A stretch of DNA of 64,000 bases from NCBI GenBank assembly GCA_012026655.1, contig JAAILG010000602.1:1-64000 (forward strand), in the 5' to 3' direction. The first letter of the stretch is position 1. Each line of letters starts with the position of its first letter. This document shows positions 46,601-57,781 of the stretch, piece after piece. Source of the stretch: Hydrolagus affinis (lineage: Eukaryota). Below the pieces are notes generated by a model. The model was not told the origin of the DNA and did not search any database. It saw nothing but the letters and a program-made list of their open reading frames with translations. The translations under genes were made by a program, and so were the position numbers.

Positions 46601-49600
46601 TGTCTTCAAAAAGCAACTAAGAATTCTACATGCTAAAGTACCAAGATGCTCAAAATAATCAGGAGTTTTGGCAGTCGCAATTTACTACAGCTCGCATATA
46701 ATACAATCCACTCAGCGGACACATTGGTATTGGAGTCACATAGAATTGCAATTTTTTAGAAGTTACCAAGTTGTACTGTTGTGTACAAAAAGCAAGGACC
46801 AACAGAAATTCACCAATTAGCAGATGTCTACTGTATTATATTAAATGCTCTTAGCATTCATGGGGGTAGTGGATAATTACCCCGTTGAAAGCTCTATGTA
46901 TCAATGCAAGCTGGCTGAGAAATATACTGGCACCATAAGTGGAATATCCCCAAATAGCTCTTCAATAGAACAGATTTTTCCCCCCAAAACCTCTTCTTGG
47001 ATAATTTGTTCCATAAAGATAGTTTGTTTTTTAAAAAAAAGTTAGTCTTTTATTCAGACTTCCTTTCTTTGCAGTCGAGTTCAGTAATTTTTGCATCTGT
47101 GCCCATTTGGGGTTGAATATATAAGAATTAAAACTCCCAACACTTTTGATAGCCGTAAGGGCCAGCAGAACTCTCACGAATCCCCTTGCTTCAATGTTCA
47201 AAGCCAACTATAAAACCTGCAAAGAAAACATTCAAAGAAGTGATATGTACATTTGTCTAACTCCTCTTTCCTGCTTAAACTAACTAAATATAAAAATAAA
47301 GAGATTAGAATACAACCAATGCAAAAATGTTTTAACTACTAAACTAAAACACTTGCAAAACAATGAGGCTCTTCATTGAACTGATTGGATCAGTGTCAAC
47401 TGATAAAAGCCTGCAATTATTTTTGGCTTTAGATGTACTTGGCATTTCTATAATTCAAATGCACTAAATCATGACGATGGAATTAACCACTGTGTCAACT
47501 ATTCCAATAATTTAAATAATTTTAAACCAGTTTTCACAACAAAACATACACAAACAGTCGTATACTCAACAGTGAAATTTTAACAGTGAAAAATGTAGTT
47601 AAAATGGTATAATTTAGAATCCAGTAAAACGTTTTCCAATGTGGGAACAAGACACAGAAAATGAGAAAGATAGTTAACATGGGGCGGAGGGTAAATAGTA
47701 TGAAACTAATATCTGGTCATCGTCATGCGGAATGAAGCCTGTGTGAGAATGATTATGCAATTTCTCTAACTAACGATAGGCATAAACAACCAAGATATGC
47801 CAAACCTGTTATGGTCAGGTCCAACTTGTGCGTATTTATAATCTGCTTGAATCTTCTCTTTTTGGAAGTACTGGTTAAGTTGAGCTTTAGCATTTTCAAG
47901 GGTCCAGTTGCCATGAAGACCAGCATTTAAATCTAGGCCTTCCGATTCCAGGGTCTTTTTGAAACAAAAGAGGTAATTAACTACAGATATTCACCCAAAT
48001 ACACTTCACTGCTCACATTTTGAATGGGGAGAGAGAGACGCCATACATTTTTAATACAAAATGATATATATTATAGAGTGATTTTCACATTGGAAGGATA
48101 TCTCAAAAAGTGATAATTGAATCATAGAATCACTAGAATTTTTCAGCACAAAAGGAAGTCCATCAAATTGAATTGGGCCATTCGGCCCATCAATTGAAAT
48201 GCTTTATATGCAAATAGCTGGAGTCTTAACTTCAAACATTGCAAAGCTCTTGCATCCTGGTCGAGTTATTCATGCATGATGTGTGAGCACTATAAACTGC
48301 CTCACTCAGATTAGCAAAGTTTGATAGAGTAAACAATTCTTTATATAGTCCTCTCACTGAATATGGCAAAGCTATTTGAACAGGTTATGATAAGATTGTA
48401 TTTGTGAAGCCACTTACTGCTTGCGCTTCCTGTTCATCCCTTTTCTCATAATACTCCTTCAGGTTGGCTCCACGTTCCCAATAACCAGTGAATCCTCCTG
48501 CCTTGCCCATTCCAAATTCAGAGTCTGTATTGGAGAAATAGTTTTTTTCAAAAACTGATCAAAGAAGAACTGTTTTCAATCTCAGTAATGTATACAATCT
48601 TTTCCAACATTATCATGTTTCATGCAGGACATTCACCTAGTTTTCGGTTGGAAATAAAATTCTACGTGAATTTTCAATAACCAGTACTCAGTTCTCTTTA
48701 CGTATTGTTCAGTTGATAATAAAGACACTTGATTAAATAAAATTTGTCATTTACTCTCTCCTTACTGGAGGTGCTAAAATGGTAAATAAGCTCAGCAAAA
48801 AATTATTAAGTAAATCTAATGAAATGTTCATTTATTTCCTCCCCCATGCTTTTATTTATATACTCCCCATTCCTGAAATAGGCACAGTAGTTTTTAATTA
48901 CTAATGTAGAAAGTAGTCTCACCCGCTTCGCTAGCTATCTGTGGAGGATACGGTAAATTTGCTGGCAATGACCCCAGCACACCACCTTCTCCGCTCGCAT
49001 CAGCACCATCAACAGCGTCAGGTTGAACAGCCTGCAAAATTAAACAGATAGCAACAGAATTATTGCAACTACAATATATTTCTTTATGCACATACATGAG
49101 ATGAAAAGTTGAAAAACATTCAGAAGTCCATTACTTTCACTCCTGGCATACTTTTCCCAGTCTACTCCCTACTCAACATGAACAATACTCCCCTCCAGTT
49201 ACCAGCCATACATCTTTAGCTTGGCTCTATGTTCCTATGGGTGGCAAAACAAAAATGACAAAAATCCAGTCAATTCTGAGGAAATTGAAAATACCTTCTC
49301 AACCATCAAAGGCGGTTAGACATGCTCCACATGTCTACAATCGACAATAGATTGTTGCAAATCCTAACCTGTCTGAGATTGCAAATCCTAACCTGTCTGA
49401 GGCCATCAATTAAAGGCACAATTCTGTATTGAAGTGTGCAGCGAACTTCAATATTTGATTTTTGTCAGGATTGCAAATTTTAAAAAAAGTTGTTTAAAAT
49501 GCTTATTGTTAACCAGCAGTGATACTATTATGCTCCCTGAGTCAGAAGATTAAAAGGGTTCAGGCCACACCTCAGAACTTGGAATCATACAGCCTAAGCT

Positions 49601-51087
49601 GTTACTACAATACTGTGCCAGAGGTATATAAGCCTGTTTAGTTGGAAGTTAAAGATACCCGCGGCACTATTCGAAAAGAACAGTTTCTCCCAATGTCCTG
49701 ACCAACCATCTCCCAAATAAAATGGGTTATTCACTAATTGTGGCACATTCCTGTGCGAAAAAACATCCGAAGCAGTGACTGTCCAGCGCCTTGGGACGTC
49801 CTCCTGACGTGAAAGGCGCTATACAAATGTAATTTTGCTGTTGTTGCCACGTTTAGCATACAAATTACACATCAACGACTTGATCAGGCACTGTATCAAA
49901 TGCTAAGATTATTATTATTGTTGGCCTCAAGTCAAGAAAACTGGCAAAAGTAGAAACCTAGATCCTACTACTCCTTGATAAATCCGATTAGAATACATTC
50001 TGTCCTAAAATGCAGTACAAAAAATGCATCAGAACGTTAGACAGAGTAAGTGGGTACTCACAGTTGTGTTAGGAACCTCTTCTGCTTTCATCTCCCCAGT
50101 TCTCACAAGGTAATTAACGAAATCTCTTGCAGCATTAGTTTGAGCATCCTTCTTACTGGTTGAGTTTCCCATTCCAGTGTAATTAAACCCATCTACTCGA
50201 ACCTAAACAAGAGAGTATACTTAAGCGAAAATAACAGTGTACCACTTAAGTATAGGCCTTTCATCCATGTAGTTAAAAAGGGATAATACCATTACCCACA
50301 AATCCAAAAAGGGTTACCTAATATTAAATTTAACCTAATTGGTTGTGATAATTTTCATGTTTGGTTTCTCACAAAAATTGTAGTCAAGAATGTTTGTATG
50401 TTAAAGCGAAGGTTTTGTTCTCCAATCTGAGTTCCCGACCTCGTCCACAGGATTATATGCTGCCTAGTTGGGCAAACAATATGCAGTCTACACCAAGGCA
50501 TGCCTCTTACTAATAATATTATTGATAATATTATCCATATTATTCTCATTGATAATATAAGGATTATCAATGGTAGTTATCCTATCCTCTCGAGCCTGTG
50601 CTCCTGCCAATCTGTGCCTGATACTCTCCAGATTTAGGGAAGCAGGATGACTACAGGGAGAAAGTGTAGATTCCATTCCAGATAGGAACTTCCACATGTA
50701 GGTGACATTGAATTCTGTACGGTTTGGATCCTATTAAGCGTGGTGATGGGATTCTGCATGCATCAGATACCAGCAGATAAAATAAAAATACTAATACCGA
50801 AAAGTTTCAAAAGAACATTGGTTTATACATCTCCAATGTGCTTGGAACCATTTTAATGTCTAAAGTATGCTTGTGAATAATGGGGCCATTGTTATCAGAA
50901 CAGAATCAACATCCTTCCTACATTTGCCAAGTCATATTTAGAACAATTAAAATTAGTTCAATGTTTAATATCTTACCTCACAGACAAACTTTTGCCGGTT
51001 CTTGTTACCAGCTGCACGGATATCATAGTTCGGAGTGACCTTACGTTTTCCACACCAAGCGTAGAGAAAGTTTTTTATGTCAGTCAT
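25640..51087 (-). CDS. DHX9: DExH-box helicase 9 (RNA helicase A), 27 coding exons, 1367 aa
   Basis: Coding exons 5'->3': 50977-51087, 50062-50202, 48923-49031, 48418-48524, 47806-47954, 45251-45297, 44552-44688, 44048-44137, 43277-43438, 42668-42745, 41848-42039, 41086-41227, 40517-40599, 40055-40211, 38666-38766, 38017-38233, 37030-37124, 36439-36512, 35173-35325, 34445-34605, 33254-33365, 31953-32114, 29734-29861, 29017-29246, 28250-28365, 27212-27409, 25640-26291. All GT-AG with consistent phases (4104 nt). Contains two dsRBDs ([14 protein letters not shown]..; [16 protein letters not shown]), [49 protein letters not shown] and an RGG/GY tail. Confidence 0.97.
27777..28193. mobile_element. 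Two partial SINE 3' ends in opposite orientation (about 27777-27885 on -, about 28083-28193 on +)
   Basis: aataataatcctttcattttgatatagcgc..tgtgggcg and cccacaaa..aaatgcaaggattattattatt. Confidence 0.7.
30330..31560 (-). mobile_element. L2 LINE 3' fragment carrying nested insertions
   Basis: L2 tail 30330-30390, resuming at 30821; - strand [44 protein letters not shown] is a typical L2 ORF2 end. Confidence 0.85.
30391..30820 (-). mobile_element. CR1 LINE 3' fragment nested in L2
   Basis: ataagaacataagaattaggagcaggagtaggccat tail; - strand [51 protein letters not shown]; agac repeated on both sides. Confidence 0.9.
34243..34398 (+). mobile_element. Deu SINE 3' half, just downstream of DHX9 exon 21 in transcript orientation
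   Basis: gtcatttcaatcctcgattgtttgtgggacgctgctgtgtgcaattg...caaatgcaattattattat. Confidence 0.8.
34636..34855 (-). mobile_element. Deu SINE 3' part, just upstream of DHX9 exon 21 in transcript orientation
   Basis: taataataatattaatccttgtatttgata...cagccaattgcgcacagcagtgtcccaca..ggattgaaatgacc. Confidence 0.85.
35486..36275 (-). mobile_element. L2 LINE 3' fragment, frameshifted
   Basis: (CAA)n tail; - strand [21 protein letters not shown] and other L2 ORF2 end motifs. Confidence 0.8.
37240..37610 (+). mobile_element. L2 3' fragment
   Basis: tttaagatcctcatcctcactttcaaagccctccacaatcttgctccttcctaac..agtgccttgggac..ttgttgttg. Confidence 0.7.
38955..39455 (-). mobile_element. Two tandem tRNA/Deu SINE copies (about 38955-39267 near full length; 39283-39455 3' half)
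   Basis: Repeated tail and core motifs; head ..ctaaccactgagctataaggactccaca. Confidence 0.85.
42995..43145 (-). mobile_element. CR1 3' tail fragment
   Basis: taggaacaggtctaggcaattcagcccttcaagcctgttccaccattcaattagatcatggctgatc, homologous to 30400-30480. Confidence 0.75.
46092..46226 (-). other. Candidate PTC-containing (poison) cassette exon in DHX9 intron 6
   Basis: Acceptor cacttttcctgtag| at 46227/46226 and donor TTGAG|gtcagt at 46092/46091. Read in frame from exon 6 it reaches TGA at 46117-46115. Same intron as the PTC exon 6A reported for human DHX9. Confidence 0.55.
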
Positions 51088-51299
51088 GGTTCCACCAGAT
51101 TGTCAATCACTCCCAACATCAACTGTTTGTTCCCTGTGGAAATAAAGGAGTGCAAAATAGAATAAATATTCTGTGGCATTTTGGCTATTGTTTACTAGAT
51201 TATTTTCATACAGACAATCTTCTATTTTGCTCTATTAATTGATCCAATTGTTTCCAAATTCTTTCGACATGGCCAATCCCTACACGCAGTAAGCACTAT

Positions 51300-52200
51300 C
51301 CCACTTCACGTCCGCAGGCTTGAAATCTCATAAAGTGGAGGAAACCTCAACCATTGCCAACCAGCTCCTCTGCCCATCCTCTCATGTCTCATCCATTCTC
51401 TACTCCAGCAACAATTGGAAGCAATGCTGGAAACCGAAGTCAAGGGGATCTGCTCAGCTGCCTTTGCCCTTTTGTCTACTATCACGTTACATCTCCCCCT
51501 CACACCCCGACCCCTACCCATCCCTCCCTCCACACCTTTGAACATGTCTTCCACTCCTCTCCCTCCACATCTCAGGCCCTGACAGCATCACCCATCACCA
51601 AGGATACACACTCCCACCTCATTAAGCTAGTCCAGAATCGTAGCATCTTGTTTGACCCTCCTTTTTACCCTATCCACATCCATTCCATAACCCACTCTAC
51701 CTTCCCCCATCACCCCAACATCTCCCAGCTCTGCCACTGTCTCATATTGCAGACCGCCAAAACCCCCATACACTAATTCATAACATCCAGGCTAGACTAT
51801 GCAAACTCCCTGCTTGTTTAGTAGCCAGGAGTATAGGCCTGCTTGTTTAGTAGCCAGGGTTATAAGCCTGTATAGTTGGAAGTTAAAGATCCCTGCGGCG
51901 CTATTCGAAGAGAACAGTTTCTTCCGATGGCCTGACCAACCATCTCCCAAATAAAATGGATTATTCACTGTTTGTGGCACTGGGACGTCCTCCTGATGCG
52001 AAAGGCGCTATACAAGTGTATTTTTATTGTTGTTGGCCTCCCCAACTCTCCCTCCATAGGCTGCAGATCATCCTGAACTCTGCAGATAGGAGGGCTTCGT
52101 AGCTCTATCACCCCCACCCTCACCTGATTCCACTGGCTTCCCATCACGCTGAGGATACAGTTCAGGATCCTGGTCTTCACCATCAAAGCCCTCCCACTTA
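51300..52200 (+). mobile_element. Degraded L2 ORF2 fragments with a nested SINE-like insertion (about 51820-52034)
   Basis: [14 protein letters not shown]|GLP split by an insert; cactggcttcccatc..ttcaggatcctggtcttcaccatcaaagccctcc. Confidence 0.7.
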
Positions 52201-52229
52201 CCTATTTAACAATAGGTAAATAATAAGTA

Positions 52230-52535
52230 AAAAATAATCCTTGCATTTGATATACCGCTTCTCATGTCTTCTAGATGTCTCAAAGCGCTTCACAGAATTC
52301 ACTGTAAGGTGAATTGACTGCATATTTGTGGGTGAAATATGGCAGCCAATTACGCCCTGCAGTGTCCCACAAATAGTCGTGAATTGAGTGCCAAAATTAT
52401 TATTGTTTTTTTTTGACGGATTATTATCGGGCATGAAGAGTAAGGAAACTTGCCCAAGGTTTCACCCTGCCTGGAATCGAACCCAGGACTCTCACTTGCT
52501 AGGCGAGTGCTCTAATCACTGATCTGCAGGACTCT
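52230..52535 (-). mobile_element. Full-length tRNA/Deu SINE
   Basis: Head with B box GGTTCGATTCC, Deu core and (TTA)n tail. Confidence 0.88.
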
Positions 52536-53982
52536 GCGCAACAAATGCATCAACAACATGCATTTAGGTAGCGCTCTTCACGAAGGGTACTGTCCCGGAG
52601 ATCTTCACAGTGGCGGAATCTGACAACGAGCCACGGAGAGATCTTTGATCGGCTAACCCCCTACCAGCCTACCCGCTCCCTCCACTGCTTCACGTCCCCT
52701 GCCCCGCCCTCCTCACTGTCTGGACCTCCATCCCTCAGTTCCTCTACCTCCCTCTTCCCTCCTTCAAGATTGGTCTGAAGACCCTCCTCTTCGACTGTGC
52801 CTTTGATCACCCTCCTTTCACCCCACCCACCCCCCGCCCTTCACACTGCCTGATCCTGACCCCTCCCCAACACTCTGTCGAAAACACTGATTGTCCAGCA
52901 CCTTCAGATGTACTCCCGACGTGAAAGGCAAATGTTGTTGTTGAAGGGCTTCCATGCATGTTGGGACACCCTGCTGTCCCAGAAAACTGTAGAGATGAGA
53001 TTAAACAAGACGGCCTCCCAAAAAAAGTATTGTATCATCTGAAATACTTTGGCTAAGTTGATACTCCAATGCAGCGTTTGGGGGTGGGGTGAGAGTTGCA
53101 TGAAAGGAGGTGTCATCCTTTGAGTGAACCATTATGCAGTATTAAGAACCCATCTGCCTGTTCAGGGCAACATTAAAGATCCCACAGTACTATTCGAAGA
53201 GAGAAGCAAGGTTCTTCTGGTTTTTTGGTCAATCATTCTACGGCTGTCAGTGAGACATTACTGTGTACAACTGACTCTCGCAAAATACTTTCTAATAAGA
53301 TTCTGTGAAGCGCTTTGACTTGACGTGAGAAGGCGCTATTGTTTATTCACAAGTCACCTGCACTGCAAGTCACTTCTACCATTCCCACCCCCACCGTTCA
53401 CCCACCCACCACCATCTCTTTGGGAGGCTTTCAGTCACCAAACACCACATAACACGAAGAGCTTCGAGGCTTTTCACCCTGCAGGATGTTTTCTCAAAAT
53501 CCTCTTAGCCCCTCGTTGCAAAACACTGGTACGAGACTACGGGGAGGGGGCTGAAACAAGCTGGCAAGAGATGCATTTCATCTCATCACCCCATCCATCC
53601 ATGTTGCGGAAGATGTCCCACGGAACATTGCGCCTGATCATTATCTACCATGAAAATTGATAGCGCTCTCACGCATACACACACATCCTCTGTCACAAGT
53701 CAACCATTTGTACTGAGTGCAATGAGTACACATGTTGTCTGTCGGTCAGCGCTGTTTAGAGGGGGGGGGGGGAGGGAACCTGAGAGTAACGGGACTTAAT
53801 AGACTGCCCTCTGTTTGTGGTACTAAGAGAAGGGGGCGTTTGTCGCAACAATAAACGGGAAAGCGGCTTCGACCCGAGTTTACAGGCCGGGCAGGTAGAA
53901 TCTGGGTTTACAAGAACGACCAACCGAACCGACCAACCGGCTAAAAGGGGCCGACACCCGGCTCGCTGATCCTCACACTCAC

Positions 53983-54210
53983 CGGGAGAAGAGACGGGAG
54001 GTTGTGGTCAAAGGGTCTTGTTGTCCCCGGGCGGCGCGCTGACCGCGAAAAGCCGGGACCTCAAAATCGAGTCAAAAGACAGAGCTTCCCTTCTTCCTCC
54101 TCCTCCTCCTCTCAGCGCTGTCCGCTGGTGTTTCTACCCCCGATCACCGGCCTCCGTCTCCAGGAACCGCCGTCACCACCACCGCTCCGGTTAAACAAAA
54201 TGGCGCCCGC
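53983..54210 (-). promoter_or_regulatory. DHX9 non-coding exon 1 and CpG-island promoter with YY1 motif
   Basis: CpG-rich 53850-54260; donor CG|GTGAGT at 53983/53982; YY1-type AAAATGGCG at 54197-54205; exon 2 acceptor at about 51133. The start site is inferred. Confidence 0.65.
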
Positions 54211-54644
54211 GCCAAAGCACCGCCGGCGCTCCCACTGAGAGGGAGAGGGGTCCCCACACGTACATGACTCACAACAATCCTGTGGGGTTTTTTTTAAAAA
54301 ACATTCTGGGTCACTTGTACTTTCCCTGTGTATTTATATTAAAAAATAATTCTACCTAATATTCAGACTGTCGCTGTGGTTAATGGTAATGGCATTGTTT
54401 TTGGTGCGTGTACTCCCTCCCTCCCTTTGGTTTGTCCCGGTCCAGTGCCGGTGATGGGCAGCTTGCCGGTGACGTCGGAGCCGCGAGGCTGAGGTGGAGG
54501 AGCGTGTGGCTGGGCAGGGCAGAGACCCAGGATGTCACACTGCTATTATCATCGCTGTGGCGGGCGTGTGTTGCGTTCTGCTCGGCGTCCATTTCTTTTT
54601 TGCTTGAGAACAACGCATGTTCCTGTTAACGCACCCTCCAGTAA

Positions 54645-54744
54645 NNNNNNNNNNNNNNNNNNNNNNNNNNNNNNNNNNNNNNNNNNNNNNNNNNNNNNNN
54701 NNNNNNNNNNNNNNNNNNNNNNNNNNNNNNNNNNNNNNNNNNNN
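54645..54744. other. Assembly gap (100 N)
   Basis: Run of exactly 100 n. Confidence 1.
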
Positions 54745-55361
54745 CAACAACAACAACAAAACTACACTTGTGCAGCGCCTTTCACATCAGGAGGGCGTCC
54801 CAAGGCGCTGGACAGACATTATTTCGGACCTGAGCTGGGATCTGGGACGGGGAGGGAAAGGGGGGGAAAGCAGCTGCTAATTTGCACACAGCAGGTCCAA
54901 CAAACAGATACACTTCGACCATTTTATCCAGGATTGTTGGCCAAGACGCCAGAAGAATCTCCTCTTTTCGAACAGTGCGAAAGGATCTTAAACATCCATC
55001 TGTTAAATCAATCCACGACTGCAGTGCGCAATTGGCTGCCCTGTTTCGCCCACATATAAACAAGTCAATTCACTTTACAATATACTCTGTGAAGCGGTTT
55101 GAGATGTCTAGAAGACATGAAAAACGCAATATCAAATGCATGGATTATTATCTGAACAGGCAGATTGGACCTGTGTTTAACATCTGTGAAAGATCTTGCC
55201 ACCTCTGACATTGCAGTGCTCCCGAACAAGGTGTGGGTTCAAGCCCCACACTAGGACCTGACACTCAAATCATCAAAACTGACAGTTCAATGTACCGCTG
55301 GAGATGCTCAGAGCTATGATTCTTTGACTGAGAATAAACTGAAGTCTCAGCTGCCTGTTCT

Positions 55362-55620
55362 GCTGTTGCTAATGATTGTCTCTCTGCCCCAGGTTTGCAG
55401 GATTCAGGCACAAGCTTCATTCTTGTCAATGGTGCTGGTCACAAGAATAACCAGGAATAAATAGTGTTAACATTACACCTGGAATCTGGCACCAACAGGA
55501 AACCCTTGTGTTCATACGGAGTGAAAATTTGTCTCATATCTGTACAGCAAGTAAAAGAGGAGCAAAGCAAGAACACCCAGCAAACTACATTCCTTCCTTC
55601 GGTGCAAAGCAGATAATATG
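55362..55620 (-). pseudogene. B3GALT5-like 5' fragment, frameshifted relic
   Basis: Colinear with about 57490-57750 (PYEHKGFLLVPDSRCNVN vs PYEHNSFLLVPDSRCNVN); frame breaks after CNVN; SINE fragments on both sides. Confidence 0.8.
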
Positions 55621-55629
55621 AACATATAA

Positions 55630-55846
55630 TAATAAACAACCTTTGTATTTCATGTAGCGCTTTCATGTTTTTGTAGATGTTTCATAGCGCTTCACAGAGT
55701 ATACTGTAAGGTGAATTCACTATATGGGTGAAATGCGGCAGTCAATTGCGCACAGCAGTGTCCCACAAACAGTCGTGGATTGAAATGACCAATTTATTAT
55801 TGTTTTTTGGAGGGATTATTATTAGGCATGTGGAGTAAGGAAACTT
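55630..55846 (-). mobile_element. tRNA/Deu SINE, 5'-truncated
   Basis: agcgcttcacagagtatactgtaagg..cagcagtgtcccacaaacagtcgtggattgaaatgacc..gtggagtaaggaaactt. Confidence 0.8.
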
Positions 55847-56752
55847 AATATATAATATATGAAATACTGTCTGTCCAGTGCCTTGGGATATACTCCTGAT
55901 GTGAAAGACACTATGCAAATGTAATTTTTTTGTTTTTTAGTCCAAGTATCACTCAATTGTAATAAAAATAGTCAATCAACATTCCTTACACTTTACAAAG
56001 AGTTTCCTACCTTAGTCATGATGTTGCATGGAACTCTCAGTTTGGTTTGGATACTCTTAAGCATGGTGGTGCGTTCCCGCATTTATCAGACACCGAGTTG
56101 ACGAAAAAGAAGAGTAAACACATGTAGCTTGAGCAAGAAAATGTTTATTAGAAAAATGTTTGAGATTACTACATTACATGGTTTTCCCCCCACTTTTATG
56201 CCACAGCTTAGTTGAATATATGAATGCATTAAATGACAAGAAACTAAGAGTACTAAACTACACAGAACACACTGGTTTATCATGTAGAATCTATGCATGA
56301 ACATCTTAACGATAGGATTTAAGGCACAAGATGTGACTGGCAGTCAGTTTGCGAGTCCATGTGGACAGAGGACATATACATCATTGAACAAAAAATTAAT
56401 AAGAGAAACTCTTAAGAGTTAAGCAAATCTGCTTCTACAATCACAATATTACAAGATTGGTCCAGATAAAGAACGTTCTTCAAACATTTTGAGCTCATCC
56501 TTCTCCAAGACCATCTTCCCATTACAACATTCTTTCCATTCCCATCAAGCTGTTTAAAAATGAGTCCAGCATCCTGACCTTTACCATCCTTCCTGGTAAT
56601 CTGTTCGAACCTATTGTTACCTGGTTCAATGTTAATTGTAATTCCCCTTGTTAATATTATGATCCATGTAAAGTAAAGTACACATACTCTATCCACGTGG
56701 GCTCACAATCTCTTTGATCTTATCCATTCTGCATCCTATGTTCACCCTTCGA

Positions 56753-57781
56753 TTAATGTATTTTTTCTTTGGGACATTCCTCGCTGATGGAGTTCATCAT
56801 AGTTTCCCAAATTATCTGTATCTCCGAGGGACTCATTCCGTGAATGACCGCCAGTTTCCGATAGCGACAAACAGAGAATTTTACCTTTCCGGCATAAAAT
56901 GTTCTCACTGAGTGCATTTCCACCGGAATGACATTCAGCTTTGCCAGGCACATGCCAATATAAATATCCTCCAGTTTAAATTTGGGCACTTGTGCTGAAA
57001 CCTCCAAAATTTTCTTTCCAACATCAGCTGAGAAAACGTAGCCAGTTCCTGAGCAAAATGGTGGATATGTTGGATGGGGATAATCTCCTTCACTTATGTA
57101 CCATTTAGAATTTGCTAACCTTATTGGCCTGCAGTTAAACCTGATGTCCCCAGTGAAGAAGTTGCTCTGATTCTTTGTGGCTAGAAGCTCCTGCAGGTAA
57201 TAGATGTTCACAAATATGTCAGTATCTGTCTTCATGACAACAACAACAACAACAACAAATTACATTTATAGAGCGCCTTTCACGTCGGGAGGACGTCCCA
57301 AGGCGCTGACAAATGAGGCAGATGGACAGAACTGTGTTACCCATTCGATCCCCATTAGCACTTTGGTTGTCAGGTTGAAGTAGGAATCAGTGAAATTCTG
57401 CTGGATTATATCATTATGTTGCAAACTCTCACCCAGGAGCTGTTGCTGGTAATGTGCACTATACCCAAGAAGGAAATAGGTGACAATTCTGCTGTTGTTA
57501 ATGGTTGTCTCTTTGCCCCAGGTTTGCCGGATTGCCGCACGAGCTTCAGTCTTGTCCATGGCGCTGGTCACAAGAATAACCAGGAATGGAGGGTTGACAT
57601 TACACCTGGAATCTGGCACTAACAGGAAACTGTTGTGTTCATATGGGGTGAGAATATGCTTTTCATATCTGTACAGCAAGCAACAGAGGAGCAAAGCAAG
57701 AACATCCAGCAACTTGTGTTTCTTTCTTCGGTGCAAAACAGATAATATGGCCATGAAACAGAGTTTCACATGTTGTATCAT
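56753..57781 (-). pseudogene. B3GALT5: Beta-1,3-galactosyltransferase 5-like (GT31) single coding exon, disrupted by a 72-nt retroposon insertion with an in-frame stop; 318 aa if the insert is removed
   Basis: cag|ATG at 57781. PPFLVILVTS, AIRQTWG, DIIQQNFTDSYFNLTTKVLMGIEWV..FCP, FV|MKTDTD, SKWYIS, YPPFCSGTGYVFS and KLEDIYIGMCL match B3GALT5. Both halves are otherwise open. One-to-one orthology is not established. Confidence 0.85.
57241..57306 (-). mobile_element. Young L2-type 3' tail insertion with 6-bp TSD
   Basis: TGACAA at 57235-57240 and 57307-57312; (CAA)n tail; stem-loop AGCGCCTTGGGACGTCCTCCCGACGTGAAAGGCGCT. Confidence 0.92.

Noticed and set aside
49355-49401. 24-bp direct duplication (similar ones near 13504-13547 and 39573-39632)
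   Set aside because: Simple two-copy slippage duplications with no spacers; not CRISPR-like and no functional signal.
50355-50700. Short - strand ORFs and higher-GC patches in DHX9 intron 2
   Set aside because: No recognisable protein motif or usable splice-site pair; it may be a decayed element but I cannot support a call without a search.
52455-52535. tRNA-like sequence with A and B boxes (also near 4480-4546, 39200-39267 and 60385-60455)
   Set aside because: These are SINE heads attached to a Deu core and tail, with no intact acceptor stem, so not tRNA genes.
54532-55059. ORFs spanning the N run
   Set aside because: Artefacts of translating through the assembly gap into an L2 tail.
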